Source: an uncultured Pelagibacteraceae bacterium
Lineage (GTDB): Bacteria; Pseudomonadota; Alphaproteobacteria; Pelagibacterales; Pelagibacteraceae
Direction: 5' to 3'
Length of the DNA: 64,000 nucleotides
NCBI GenBank assembly: GCA_902575095.1
Contig: CACGPY010000001.1
Span: 68,464-132,463, forward strand
The position numbers and the translations under genes were made by a program. Position 1 is the stretch's first letter, and every line of letters starts with the position of its first letter. Below the pieces are notes generated by a model, which saw nothing but the letters and a program-made list of their open reading frames with translations, had not been told where the DNA came from and ran no database searches. This document shows, one piece after another, positions 1 through 9,535 of the stretch.

Positions 1-187
1 AGCCGGCAACTGCTACTTCAATAGCATACTTATCTTTGCCTGCTTTTCGGATGTTATATGGCGGATAGTTGCTTTGTACAGCAAGACTGCCATTACCTAA
101 CATTGACTCGAATTGATCAAACATATCATCGAATCCAATGCTAAAAGGTCTAAGTGAATTAAAGATCGATAGATCCTTACTTGTCAT
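1..187 (-). CDS. ibpA: Hsp20/IbpA-family small heat-shock protein (5' part; runs off the window)
   Basis: Manual translation from ATG at 187: MTSKDLSIFNSLRPFSIGFDDMFDQFESMLGNGSLAVQSNYPPYNIRKAGKDKYAIEVAVAG; IGFD and YPPYNI are IbpA hallmarks; GGAGG SD upstream. Confidence 0.92.
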   Translation of the reverse strand, partial: MTSKDLSIFNSLRPFSIGFDDMFDQFESMLGNGSLAVQSNYPPYNIRKAGKDKYAIEVAVAG

Positions 188-242
188 ATATCCTCCTTTG
201 TTAGCAAGGTTAATTATTGGCCCCAGTTGGCAACCAATAATT
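188..242 (-). promoter_or_regulatory. ROSE-like RNA thermometer in the hsp20 5' UTR
   Basis: Minus strand: 9-bp hairpin AAUUAUUGG/CCAAUAAUU, then CCUUGCU-aacaa-AGGAGG, in which UUGCU pairs with the SD around a bulged G (ROSE consensus). Confidence 0.7.
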
Positions 243-245
243 CAC

Positions 246-273
246 ATATGGGAATTGATTTTAAATTTTCAAG
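246..273 (-). promoter_or_regulatory. RpoH (sigma32)-type promoter of hsp20
   Basis: Minus strand CTTGAA-N15-CCCATAT matches the sigma32 consensus, upstream of a heat-shock gene. Confidence 0.75.
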
Positions 274-277
274 GTCT

Positions 278-2362
278 TTAATTTAAAATTTTTGCAGACT
301 TTAAAATAAAAGAATATTCCTCGGCTAATTCTGTGATTGCATTATCTCGTCCACTCATACCACCATGACCGGCAGCTTCCATTTTGCATTTTAGTAATTG
401 ATTATTATTATCAGTTTTTACATCTCTAAGTTTTGCAATATATTTTACAGGTTCAGAATAAAGAACACGGTTATCGAATAAAGATGTTGTAATTAACATT
501 GAAGGGTAATCTTTTTTTTCAAGATTATTATAAGGCGCATAAGAAAGAATATATTCAAAATATTCTTTGCTTTTGATAGGATTTCCCCACAGCTCCCATT
601 CTGCCGGTGTTAAGGGTAATTTATCATTTAACATTGTTGTCATTGTATCAACGAAAGGTACAAGGAGAAGCATTGAAAAAAATAAATCAGGAGCCATGTT
701 GGCCACCGCACCACCTGTAAGCCCACCAGCACTACCGCCATAAAAACAAAGTCCACCTTTATAGGTATAGCGTTGTTCTATTAAATGATTTGCACAAGCT
801 ATGTAGTCTAAAAAGGTATTTTTTTTTAACTTCTTTTTTCCTTCTTCATGCCAAACATCACCAAGATCTCCACCGCCTCTTATATGCGCTATAGCAAATG
901 TAATTCCTCTATCAACAAGACAAAATCTTGAAGCACTAAAAGATGGAGAGATACTATGTTTGTAGGCACCATATGCGTAAAGCAGTACCTTTGACTTTCC
1001 ATCCTGCTTAGCATTTTTTAATCTTAACAAGCTGATAGGAATCATTCGCCCGTCATGAGATTTAGCTTTAATTCTTTCTACGACATATTTTTTAGGTTCA
1101 TGTCCTGAAGGAATTTCAGTTTCTTTTACCAATTTTTTTTCTTTTGAAACAATATCATATTCATAAATCTTACCAGGCGTAGCCATACTTTCCCAACTAA
1201 CTCTAATTCTTGTGGTATTGGTATCTTTTTGCATCAGAGAGGCTCCAGGAACACCAATCGCTTCGTCAGAAATTTTTATTTCTTCTTCCTTATTAGTTTT
1301 TATGTTTCTTACATATAATTTAGAGATAGCATCAGATTTCTCAGCCCGCAAAATGTAATCGTCTAAAAAATCTAAACCTCCGATCACCGTCTCTTTTTTG
1401 GCAGGTAAAAAGGTCTCCAGTTTATCAATTTGGTCAGTTTTACATCTCAATATTTTGTAATCTCTTGCGTTTTCATTTGTATGTACATAAAAAAAACCTT
1501 TCCAAGAGTCTAGCGAATATCTAATGTCTTTTTTTCTTTTTTTAAATAAGATTGGTTTTATATCTATAGCATTAGAAGGAAAGTAATATTCCTCAGTTGT
1601 AATATGGTCTGAAGTTGAAATTATAAAAAACTTTTCATCAGATGATAGACTTATTCCACAAGTAAAGGTCTCATCTTTTTCCTCAAAAATAAGTTTATCC
1701 TCTTTTATCGGCGTACCAAGAACATGTTTAAAAATTTTCCTAGGTCTATGAAATTTATCTAACTTTGAATAAAAAAAACTTTTATTATCCAAAGACCATG
1801 TTATTCCGCCGCTAGTATTATCAATTACATCTTTCTCATTTTTTCCAGTTCTTAAATCTCTTAAATAAATCGTATAGTATTCAGATCCTTTTAAATCTAA
1901 AGAATAGGCCATAAAATTATCACAATGTGAGGTGGTAACTGAACCAACGCCAAAATATTCAGATCCATAATTTTTCTTTTCAAGGTCACCATCAAAATAA
2001 ACCTCTTCTGGTTTAGAACCATCAATCAATTGTCTAATTCTTTTTCCGTAATTTCCTTTAGCCTCTGTCTTGGCCCAATAATAATATTTTTTATCTTTAA
2101 ATTTTAAAGAGGTGTCATCTAGTTTAATTTTAGACTTTATCTCTTGGAACAGGTTTTTTTGTAAATCTTTAACATCTTTAAAATAGTCTTCTGTAATTTT
2201 ATTATTTGCATTAATGTAATCTTTAACTTCTGTGTTAAGTTTATTAGCATCTTTCAACACCTCGAGGATATTGGGCTGATCAACCCAAGCATATTCATCA
2301 GATAAGGTTAGGTCGTGATACTTTTTCTCACTCTTAATTTTTTTAAGTTTTGGTATACTCAT
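278..2362 (-). CDS. ptrB: Oligopeptidase B / S9A prolyl oligopeptidase family
   Basis: 694 aa; GGSAGG nucleophile, DNRV and AGHGG catalytic motifs, EWELWGNP. Confidence 0.9.
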   Translation of the reverse strand: MSIPKLKKIKSEKKYHDLTLSDEYAWVDQPNILEVLKDANKLNTEVKDYINANNKITEDYFKDVKDLQKNLFQEIKSKIKLDDTSLKFKDKKYYYWAKTEAKGNYGKRIRQLIDGSKPEEVYFDGDLEKKNYGSEYFGVGSVTTSHCDNFMAYSLDLKGSEYYTIYLRDLRTGKNEKDVIDNTSGGITWSLDNKSFFYSKLDKFHRPRKIFKHVLGTPIKEDKLIFEEKDETFTCGISLSSDEKFFIISTSDHITTEEYYFPSNAIDIKPILFKKRKKDIRYSLDSWKGFFYVHTNENARDYKILRCKTDQIDKLETFLPAKKETVIGGLDFLDDYILRAEKSDAISKLYVRNIKTNKEEEIKISDEAIGVPGASLMQKDTNTTRIRVSWESMATPGKIYEYDIVSKEKKLVKETEIPSGHEPKKYVVERIKAKSHDGRMIPISLLRLKNAKQDGKSKVLLYAYGAYKHSISPSFSASRFCLVDRGITFAIAHIRGGGDLGDVWHEEGKKKLKKNTFLDYIACANHLIEQRYTYKGGLCFYGGSAGGLTGGAVANMAPDLFFSMLLLVPFVDTMTTMLNDKLPLTPAEWELWGNPIKSKEYFEYILSYAPYNNLEKKDYPSMLITTSLFDNRVLYSEPVKYIAKLRDVKTDNNNQLLKCKMEAAGHGGMSGRDNAITELAEEYSFILKSAKILN

Positions 2363-2375
2363 ATTTGGAAATTAT

Positions 2376-2885
2376 ATGAATTTGTTTCTAATAGGAATTA
2401 TCATCTTTGTCATCGTTTATCTGTTTTTGAATTGGTTTGCTAGAACTAGTTCAAAAAAGATAGCTACAACGATTAAAAAAATTGTAGTTTATTTTTCATT
2501 AATCTTAGCTATGCTTTTGGCTATTGGTGGAAAATATATCTTTTCACTCCCCTTTCTATTTGTAATTTTAAGTGGATTAAAAATAAAAGGTTTTACAGCT
2601 TTACAAATGCTTCAGCTATGGAGATTAATTCAATTTTTAAAAAATTCTGGCAGATTTTCTCAAGGACAATTCGGTAAAACTCAAGGATCATCAAGTGTAA
2701 CAAAAGATGAAGCCTACAAGTTACTTGGTTTAAAAAGAGGTTGTACCAAAGAAGATGTATTAAAAGCTGCCAACCAGCTTCAAAAAAAAATTCACCCAGA
2801 TATGAATAGAGATGTCAAAACCGAGAGACTTAGTCAACTTGTTAATGAAGCGAAAGAGAAAATAATTAAAACTGATTTTAGTTAA
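2376..2885 (+). CDS. Membrane-anchored J-domain (DnaJ-like) protein
   Basis: N-terminal TM helices; C-terminal EAYKLLGL...IHPD...VNEAKE J domain. Confidence 0.85.
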   Translation: MNLFLIGIIIFVIVYLFLNWFARTSSKKIATTIKKIVVYFSLILAMLLAIGGKYIFSLPFLFVILSGLKIKGFTALQMLQLWRLIQFLKNSGRFSQGQFGKTQGSSSVTKDEAYKLLGLKRGCTKEDVLKAANQLQKKIHPDMNRDVKTERLSQLVNEAKEKIIKTDFS

Positions 2886-3838
2886 TTTAAAAGTTTAATC
2901 GATTTATTAAAAACTTTTTCAAAAGAAATATTATCTGCCCCTAAAGTATCGTGAGTTGTGGTTTCCTCTGTTTCACCTTCTGGCACAATTACTTCAATAT
3001 TTTTTGAGTATTTGCCATAAGACTGGACTGGGCTATCCATAAATAAAGCTAAACATTTTATACCTAATGCTGATGATATATGTAGCCAACCAGTATCATT
3101 GCCAATATAAAGGTTACAATTTTTAATAATGGGCAATGTTTCACTTATTTTTAAGTCTTTAAATGAAATGCAGTTATTAGATAACTCCGAGTTAAAGAAT
3201 TGATCAATTAAGTCTTTATCATTATTGCCTCCTGCTAAATAAAATTTTGAAGGTGTTCTTGCGTTAATATTAATACATAGCTTAATAAAATTTTTGATGT
3301 CCCACCTTTTAGTTGGGCCGCTAGCAGATATGCCTAAACAAATGTGTTTGAACTCTCTAGAAAATTTTTGTTTTTCTTTAATTACTTTATCATTACTAAT
3401 TATAAGCTCTGGTTGTGTAGATACAATGTCTCCTAATTCATTTTCTGTAAAAATTTTAGCAGATGTTACAACATTATCTTTTTTTCTAAATAATGGATAT
3501 TGAGAGATATTTTTTATACCAGCAATCTTAGAAATTAATAAATATCTCAAAGAGCTATTAAAAATAAAAACCTTATCAAATTCTTTTAATTTAAGGTCCT
3601 TACTTAATTTAAAAAATCCTGAAAGACCATCATGTATCCCAGAGTTGTTTTTTGTTCTATCCAATATTAAAATTTCTTTAATATGTTGATCTTCAGCTAA
3701 AAGTTGAGTGGCACGAGAATTTTCTTTTACTAAAATTGATATAGCTGTTTGATATTTTTTTGAAATAGCGTGTATATAAGGCAAATAAATTACCATATCT
3801 CCCATGCCAATTTTTGGTTGAATTACTAAAACTTTCAT
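2882..3838 (-). CDS. Glycosyltransferase family 9 (LPS heptosyltransferase-like)
   Basis: GMGDMV N-terminus, KRW, IGNDTGWLHISSALG GT9 motif. Confidence 0.88.
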   Translation of the reverse strand: MKVLVIQPKIGMGDMVIYLPYIHAISKKYQTAISILVKENSRATQLLAEDQHIKEILILDRTKNNSGIHDGLSGFFKLSKDLKLKEFDKVFIFNSSLRYLLISKIAGIKNISQYPLFRKKDNVVTSAKIFTENELGDIVSTQPELIISNDKVIKEKQKFSREFKHICLGISASGPTKRWDIKNFIKLCININARTPSKFYLAGGNNDKDLIDQFFNSELSNNCISFKDLKISETLPIIKNCNLYIGNDTGWLHISSALGIKCLALFMDSPVQSYGKYSKNIEVIVPEGETEETTTHDTLGADNISFEKVFNKSIKLLN

Positions 3839-3885
3839 TTTTAAATTTAATAATATAACTTAGATAAAATAATTTAGGTAAGATT

Positions 3886-4770
3886 ATGATTAAAAAAGGA
3901 GTATACGCAGCTGGATTAAGTGTTCTTAATGCCGATAGAACATTGAATATTGATGCAACGATTAATCATGCAAGTGAAGCCATTCAAAGCGGTTTGCATG
4001 GAGTTTTCTTTTTTGGTTCCACAGGCCAAAGCCAATTAATTTCAACAAATGAAAAAAAAGAACTTATAGCTAAAATTTCTACTCATAAGTTAAGAAAACA
4101 ATTTTTTTTAGGAACTGGAAATAATTCTCTAAATGAAAATATTGATTTAATTAAGTATGGAATAGAATATGACTTCAGACAGTTTTTAATTATGCCACCA
4201 GCATATTATAAAGGGAATACGGACGAAGGAGTTTTTGATTTCTATTCAGGATTAATTACGGCTATTCCTAAAGTAAAAATTATTCTTTATAATTTTGAAA
4301 AGCTTAGTGGTTATAAATTTTCAGCAGAAATGGTAACTAAGCTTGTAAAAAATTTTTCAGAAAATATTATTGGATGCAAAGACTCTAGTTATAATTTATT
4401 TGAAAGTTTAAAGTTACCAAATTTTTTAATGTTTCCAGGTTCAGAGGCAAAACTTTTAAAAGGTCTAGAACTTGGATGTTCAGGCTGCATATCAGCTGTA
4501 ACTAACGTTACACATTCTTTAGCTAGAAAAGTTTTTGATGACTTTGAAAATAAAATTTCACAATCTAAAAATGAAAAATTAATTAATGTGAGACAAACAT
4601 TTGATCAATTTAATTTGATATCTGCTCTTCATAGTTTTCTATCGATCAAAGATAAAAAGTTTGAAAATATTTTACCGCCTTTAGTTTTATTATCTCAAAC
4701 AAAAAAGAAAGAACTAATTGATAAATTAAATAAATTAGAATTTGTGGTGGAAAAAAACTTGGCAGCATAA
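3886..4770 (+). CDS. Dihydrodipicolinate synthase / N-acetylneuraminate lyase family class I aldolase
   Basis: GSTGQ, PPAYY, ILYNF, GCKDSS (Schiff-base Lys). Confidence 0.85.
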   Translation: MIKKGVYAAGLSVLNADRTLNIDATINHASEAIQSGLHGVFFFGSTGQSQLISTNEKKELIAKISTHKLRKQFFLGTGNNSLNENIDLIKYGIEYDFRQFLIMPPAYYKGNTDEGVFDFYSGLITAIPKVKIILYNFEKLSGYKFSAEMVTKLVKNFSENIIGCKDSSYNLFESLKLPNFLMFPGSEAKLLKGLELGCSGCISAVTNVTHSLARKVFDDFENKISQSKNEKLINVRQTFDQFNLISALHSFLSIKDKKFENILPPLVLLSQTKKKELIDKLNKLEFVVEKNLAA

Positions 4771-4773
4771 GTT

Positions 4774-5979
4774 ATGATTTTAGCAAGAATATTTTCAAAA
4801 ATTTATAAAGAGAGTGGAATTATTTTAGTTGATGCAAAAGGACAAAAATATATTTGTGGAAACCCACAAAAAGAAAGACCAACTACTGTAAAATTGCTCA
4901 AAGATAATCTTAGCTGGAAGTTATTATTAGATCCTGAGCTTGAATTTCCAGAAGCTTATATGAGAGATGAAATTATAATAGAAAATGCTTCAATGAAAGA
5001 ATTTTTAATGGATCTTGTAAAGAATTTAGGTAGGGATGAAATTTCAACAACAAGTGTAGTTGCTAAAAAAATGTTCCAAGCCTGGAGAACAATAACAAAT
5101 TTTAATTTTCCAGGTAAATCAAAAAAAAATGTTGAACATCATTATGATATTGGTGGAGCAAGAGGCGAAAAACTCTATGATATTTTTTTAGATAAAACTC
5201 ATAGATTATATTCGTGCGCGTATTGGAAAAATGACACTAAAACTTTAGAAGAAGCTCAACAAAATAAAATAGATCATATTGTAAAAAAATTGGACATTAA
5301 AGAAGGTCAAAAAATTTTAGAAGTTGGCTGTGGTTGGGGTGGCATGGCTTTTGAAATAGCTAGACAAAAAGGATGTGAAGTAACCGGAATTTCTTTAAGT
5401 AAAAATCAAATAGAATATTGCAAACGTAAAGCAAAAGAACTTAATTTAGATAACCAAGTAAAATTTGAGCTTATTGATTATAGAGAGGTAAAGGGAAAAT
5501 ATGATCGAATTTTTTCTGTAGGAATGTTTGAGCATGTAGGTAGAAAATTTTATAACACATTTTTTAAATCAATGAACAAACTTCTGAAAGAAAACGGGAT
5601 ATTTTTACTGCACACTATAGGAGTAGTAGATAAACCTACAGCTCCCAATAAATTTATCCAAAAGTATATATTTCCCGGCGGTATTTGTCCTTCTTTCAGC
5701 CAAATAATAAATCCGATTGAAAAAACTGGTTTAATTGTTGCGGACACTGAAACGTTAATTAGACATTACGATAAAACATTAGAAAGCTGGTTAGAGCGAT
5801 TTTTAGAAAGAAAAAAAGAGGTAAAAGATTTATTTGATGAAAAATTTGTAAAAATGTGGGAGTTTTACATGGCAAGTTGTGCAGCAGCGTTTAGGTATAG
5901 AGATTTAGTTGTTTTTCAATTACAAATTGTCAAGAACTTTCAATCAGCTCACCGTACAAGAGACTATATATATTCATAA
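4774..5979 (+). CDS. cfa: Cyclopropane-fatty-acyl-phospholipid synthase family methyltransferase
   Basis: HHYD, YSCAYW, LEVGCGWGG, SVGMFEHVG, KYIFPGG. Confidence 0.9.
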   Translation: MILARIFSKIYKESGIILVDAKGQKYICGNPQKERPTTVKLLKDNLSWKLLLDPELEFPEAYMRDEIIIENASMKEFLMDLVKNLGRDEISTTSVVAKKMFQAWRTITNFNFPGKSKKNVEHHYDIGGARGEKLYDIFLDKTHRLYSCAYWKNDTKTLEEAQQNKIDHIVKKLDIKEGQKILEVGCGWGGMAFEIARQKGCEVTGISLSKNQIEYCKRKAKELNLDNQVKFELIDYREVKGKYDRIFSVGMFEHVGRKFYNTFFKSMNKLLKENGIFLLHTIGVVDKPTAPNKFIQKYIFPGGICPSFSQIINPIEKTGLIVADTETLIRHYDKTLESWLERFLERKKEVKDLFDEKFVKMWEFYMASCAAAFRYRDLVVFQLQIVKNFQSAHRTRDYIYS

Positions 5980-6005
5980 AAAGTGCTATTTAATTAATAG
6001 TCAGT

Positions 6006-7232
6006 ATGAAAAAGAGGAAAAAAAAACCTACAAAGGTTAAGAAAAAAAAACAAAAAAAACCTTTAATTCGGAGATTTAGAAAAAAAATAAAAAAAATAAA
6101 AAATAAGAAAATTCAAAAAGGTAAAAAATCGAAAAGATTAGTAAAGAAAAAAACAAGAAAAGCTATAAAAGTAAAATCAAAGAAAAATTTTAAATTTAAG
6201 AAACCAAATAAACACCCTCAAAAAACAAGAGCTATCGTTTCAGGCTTATTAAGATTAAATGATAAGGTTAAATCGATATTTAGATTTAATATAAATTTAG
6301 ACCAAAATTTACAGGCTTTCTTTACAAGTATTTCTAATAAAGTTTCAGGAATTAAAAAAATTTTTCTAGAAGAGCGAGAAAAACAAAAGAAAACAAAACT
6401 AAAGCTTATGGAGCAAGAAAAAAAAGATGCTCAAAAAAGATTACTTGAACAAGAAAAATTAGCTTTAGAGGCAAAAAGAAATGAGCTTAAAGAGGAACAA
6501 AAACTTGAAAAAGAAAGAAAACTAGATTTACAAAGATTTATAAAATTAGAACAAGCTGAGCTAAGAAAAGAAAGAGCTGAGAAACAAAGGCAATTTTTAG
6601 AACAAATCAAATTGGAGAAAAAAATTGATCTTTTTAGAAAAAGAGAAGAATTAGAAATCAAAAATCTTGAAAAATATGTTTTAAGTCAACAAAGAGAGTC
6701 TTACGAAGAAGTTCAACAACGTATTGATAAAATAAAAGAAAAATACAAGCTAATCAGAGAGCAAAAAATTGATGAAGCAATAAGAGAAAGAGTTGCAAGT
6801 TTAGGTATTAAAGTAGAGGAAACCGATGATAAAGCAACGTTGTTAGAAAAAGAGAGAATTTATAATGTAGAAAGAGAAAAGATCGAATACGCTCTTGAAA
6901 GTTTTTACCGATCGGCTCACAGTTTATGTTTTCAATTAAATAAAAAGTATATTCCAAAATATTTAAGTATCATCAGATGTATTGATAAAAGATTTGAAAC
7001 AGGAGAAATTTATATAAAATGGGATGATGCAATTGAAGCTAATTGGTTAATTTTAATTTATATAAAGAATAATTTACCAGATGACGGAATAATAATTGAA
7101 GATAAAACTGATCCAGATAATCAAACCACACATGAATTCCAACCAAATGAAATATTTAAAGCTTCAGATGTAATGGTTGATGCATTGACAAAATTACTAG
7201 ATAGCGAGAGAAATAAAAGAAAAGTTAGTTAA
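6006..7232 (+). CDS. Hypothetical protein: Lys/Arg-rich N-terminus, long charged coiled coil, globular C-terminal domain
   Basis: 408-aa ORF; composition only. Confidence 0.7.
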   Translation: MKKRKKKPTKVKKKKQKKPLIRRFRKKIKKIKNKKIQKGKKSKRLVKKKTRKAIKVKSKKNFKFKKPNKHPQKTRAIVSGLLRLNDKVKSIFRFNINLDQNLQAFFTSISNKVSGIKKIFLEEREKQKKTKLKLMEQEKKDAQKRLLEQEKLALEAKRNELKEEQKLEKERKLDLQRFIKLEQAELRKERAEKQRQFLEQIKLEKKIDLFRKREELEIKNLEKYVLSQQRESYEEVQQRIDKIKEKYKLIREQKIDEAIRERVASLGIKVEETDDKATLLEKERIYNVEREKIEYALESFYRSAHSLCFQLNKKYIPKYLSIIRCIDKRFETGEIYIKWDDAIEANWLILIYIKNNLPDDGIIIEDKTDPDNQTTHEFQPNEIFKASDVMVDALTKLLDSERNKRKVS

Positions 7233-8310
7233 TAAGATCTTCTAGTTTTTTAATCTCACCAATTTTAAATATAATTGCCTCTTCTTTTTTGTAGCCAAAC
7301 TTTTCAGCATTTTTTTTAAACCTTACTGGAGGCTCCCAAATAGGTTCTAAACTTAATATTGCCGTACCCCAATGCATCCCTATTACTTTTTTTACTTTTA
7401 AATCTCTCATTAAAGATAAAAGCTCTTCAGGGTTTGCGTGCGCTGTAGATTTATCCTTAACCGGAACAATTGGATAGAAATTATAGGCACCCAAATTTCC
7501 AAAACCTAAATCGATAGGACCAAATTTTTTTCCTAATTCTTTATAAAAAGGTGCTGGTCCTGTATCACAAGCAAAAAAGATTTTTTTACCTTTATATTCA
7601 ATTAAAAAACTTCCCCAAAGTGTTCTATTAGTATTTCCATCTCCCCAAATCCACCGCTTGGACCAGTGTTGACTTGGAAGCATTGTAATTGTGATTTCAT
7701 CATTAATTTTAATTTTATCAAACCAATCCATTTCATTAACAGTATCCTTTTTATATCCATTTTTTGTGAAATATTTTCCAAGCTTAAGAGGCACAAACAC
7801 TCCAGCATTCTTATAAGGAAAGTTTTTTATTGTACGAATACTCATGTGATCATAATGATTGTGTGTCAGTAAAAATAGATCTATTTTAGGAAGTTCTTGA
7901 AGAGTCAAAGGAGACTCTATGTATTTCTTAGGACCAAATATCATAGGTCCATAATTTTTTTCAAAAACTGGATCAGTGATAATTGTAGTGTCTCCAAGTT
8001 TAATTATAAAGCTCGCATGATCAAGCCACATTACATAAGAGTCAAATTTATATTTTTCAAGATTTTTTAAAACTATTTGTTTATCGATTACATGTTCGGG
8101 TGGATAATCGATCTTAAGTTTTTTCTTTTCTTCTCTGAAAACTTTCCAATCCCATTTAAAATTAGGATCCCTTTTTGGACCTCCCTCAAGATTTCTAAAC
8201 GCAAATAACTTACCGTCTTTATAAATGTGGTGATAAGGTTTGTTGTCCATCGCAATAACCTCAATATTAAAAAAAAGAATAATTAGCAGAAACGATGATA
8301 ATTTTTTCAT
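7225..8310 (-). CDS. Secreted MBL-fold metallo-hydrolase (NAPE-PLD/RomA-like)
   Basis: Signal peptide; ITDPVF, THNHYDH, QHWSKR, GMHWGT. Confidence 0.85.
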   Translation of the reverse strand: MKKLSSFLLIILFFNIEVIAMDNKPYHHIYKDGKLFAFRNLEGGPKRDPNFKWDWKVFREEKKKLKIDYPPEHVIDKQIVLKNLEKYKFDSYVMWLDHASFIIKLGDTTIITDPVFEKNYGPMIFGPKKYIESPLTLQELPKIDLFLLTHNHYDHMSIRTIKNFPYKNAGVFVPLKLGKYFTKNGYKKDTVNEMDWFDKIKINDEITITMLPSQHWSKRWIWGDGNTNRTLWGSFLIEYKGKKIFFACDTGPAPFYKELGKKFGPIDLGFGNLGAYNFYPIVPVKDKSTAHANPEELLSLMRDLKVKKVIGMHWGTAILSLEPIWEPPVRFKKNAEKFGYKKEEAIIFKIGEIKKLEDLIN

Positions 8311-8318
8311 TATTTCTA

Positions 8319-8504
8319 TTAATATTTGTCTCTTGTTTTGTTATTAATTTTATTTCCATATTCTTGAATTTTATCCCACTCATTTTTGTTATTTTTTTCT
8401 TTTTTTTCAGCTTTATAGGAGACAATTAAAGGAAGAATAATTAGAGCTAAAACGATTACGATACAAGCAGTTATAAGGGGTAAATTCATACCCCTTAATA
8501 CCAT
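8319..8504 (-). CDS. Small single-pass membrane protein, unknown function
   Basis: 61 aa; one TM plus charged tail; fills the gap between co-oriented genes. Confidence 0.55.
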   Translation of the reverse strand: MVLRGMNLPLITACIVIVLALIILPLIVSYKAEKKEKNNKNEWDKIQEYGNKINNKTRDKY

Positions 8505-8529
8505 AAATTATTTGAATTTAAATAAGTAT

Positions 8530-8727
8530 TTAGCTGTCTAGACAATTTGACTTATTAATTCTTTTGTCAAAATCTTTTTGTGCTTCTTTACTTACTATCC
8601 AAACATAAGATGATTCTTGTAATTGGTTAGCGTCAGCAATCGTACAACGTTTTCCAATTTTAGCTATACTTCCACCTGAACAGTTAGTTAACAAAAGCAA
8701 TAAAGATATAATAGATAATGTTTTCAT
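8530..8727 (-). CDS. Small putative lipoprotein
   Basis: MKTLSIISLLLLLTNC lipobox; two further Cys. Confidence 0.7.
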   Translation of the reverse strand: MKTLSIISLLLLLTNCSGGSIAKIGKRCTIADANQLQESSYVWIVSKEAQKDFDKRINKSNCLDS

Positions 8728-8836
8728 AGTTTTAAGTTAATTAAAAAATCTGCACATTGCTTGGCATAAATTGGTCAAAAAAAAGAAAAATTTATCTTTG
8801 TTGAAATAGATCAACTTAAAGATTATTGTCAGTTTT

Positions 8837-9229
8837 ATGGCAGACCATATTTACAAAACAAAAGTTTATTATGAAGATACTGATGCTGGAGGTATCGTTT
8901 ATTATGCAAGGTATTTACATTTTATTGAACGTGCACGAACAGAAATGATATATGATCATTTAAAACTTAATCATAAACAGCTTAGAGACCAATTTAATGC
9001 AATTTTTGTGGTTAGAGAATGCAATGTTAAGTATCTTAAATCTGCAAATTTTGAGGACCATCTAAAGGTCAAAACGAAGGTCATAAAAAAATCACCTGTA
9101 AGACTTAACTTATTACAAGAAGTTTTTAAAGATAATGAAACACTAGTTACAGCACAGGTTGAATTAGCAGTTATAGACAGCAATGGGTCTGTTAGTAAAT
9201 TTCCGCAAGATTTATTAGAAAAAATATAA
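8837..9229 (+). CDS. ybgC: YbgC/FadM-family acyl-CoA thioesterase
   Basis: VYYEDTDAGGIVYYARYL..ERAR motif. Confidence 0.88.
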   Translation: MADHIYKTKVYYEDTDAGGIVYYARYLHFIERARTEMIYDHLKLNHKQLRDQFNAIFVVRECNVKYLKSANFEDHLKVKTKVIKKSPVRLNLLQEVFKDNETLVTAQVELAVIDSNGSVSKFPQDLLEKI

Positions 9230-9336
9230 ATTTAACCAAAAGAAGTCAAATCTTTGCCTAAATCTATGGCTAAATTCAAATCAAGTTTGCAATTTTAGCA
9301 TTACTTAAAACACTAAAAATAAACTAAAAAGAAAAT

Positions 9337-9456
9337 ATGAAATTAAAAGCAATCAGAAAAAGCAAAAACAAATCAACTACAAGAAAATTAAGAAGAGTTT
9401 CTTTATTCGAGCTTCAAAACTCGCCAAAAGCCTTACTTTTTAAAGCTAGAGTTTAA
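9337..9456 (+). CDS. Candidate 39-aa basic small protein (absent from ORF track)
   Basis: MKLKAIRKSKNKSTTRKLRRVSLFELQNSPKALLFKARV*; fills a ~300-bp gap and is followed by a terminator. Confidence 0.5.
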   Translation: MKLKAIRKSKNKSTTRKLRRVSLFELQNSPKALLFKARV

Positions 9457-9478
9457 CATCTTTCCTCCATAACTATTT

Positions 9479-9510
9479 AATGGTCTAATAAACATTAGGC
9501 CATTGTTTTT
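9479..9510 (+). terminator. Intrinsic terminator-like hairpin
   Basis: AATGGTCTAAT-aaac-ATTAGGCCATT followed by GTTTTT. Confidence 0.65.
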
Positions 9511-9535
9511 AGGCCCATAATTGTTAAATTAATCT

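Noticed and set aside
8760-8776. TTGGCATAAATTGG resembling a sigma54 -24/-12 promoter
   Set aside because: No GC dinucleotide at -12, and rpoN is absent from its usual place after lptB
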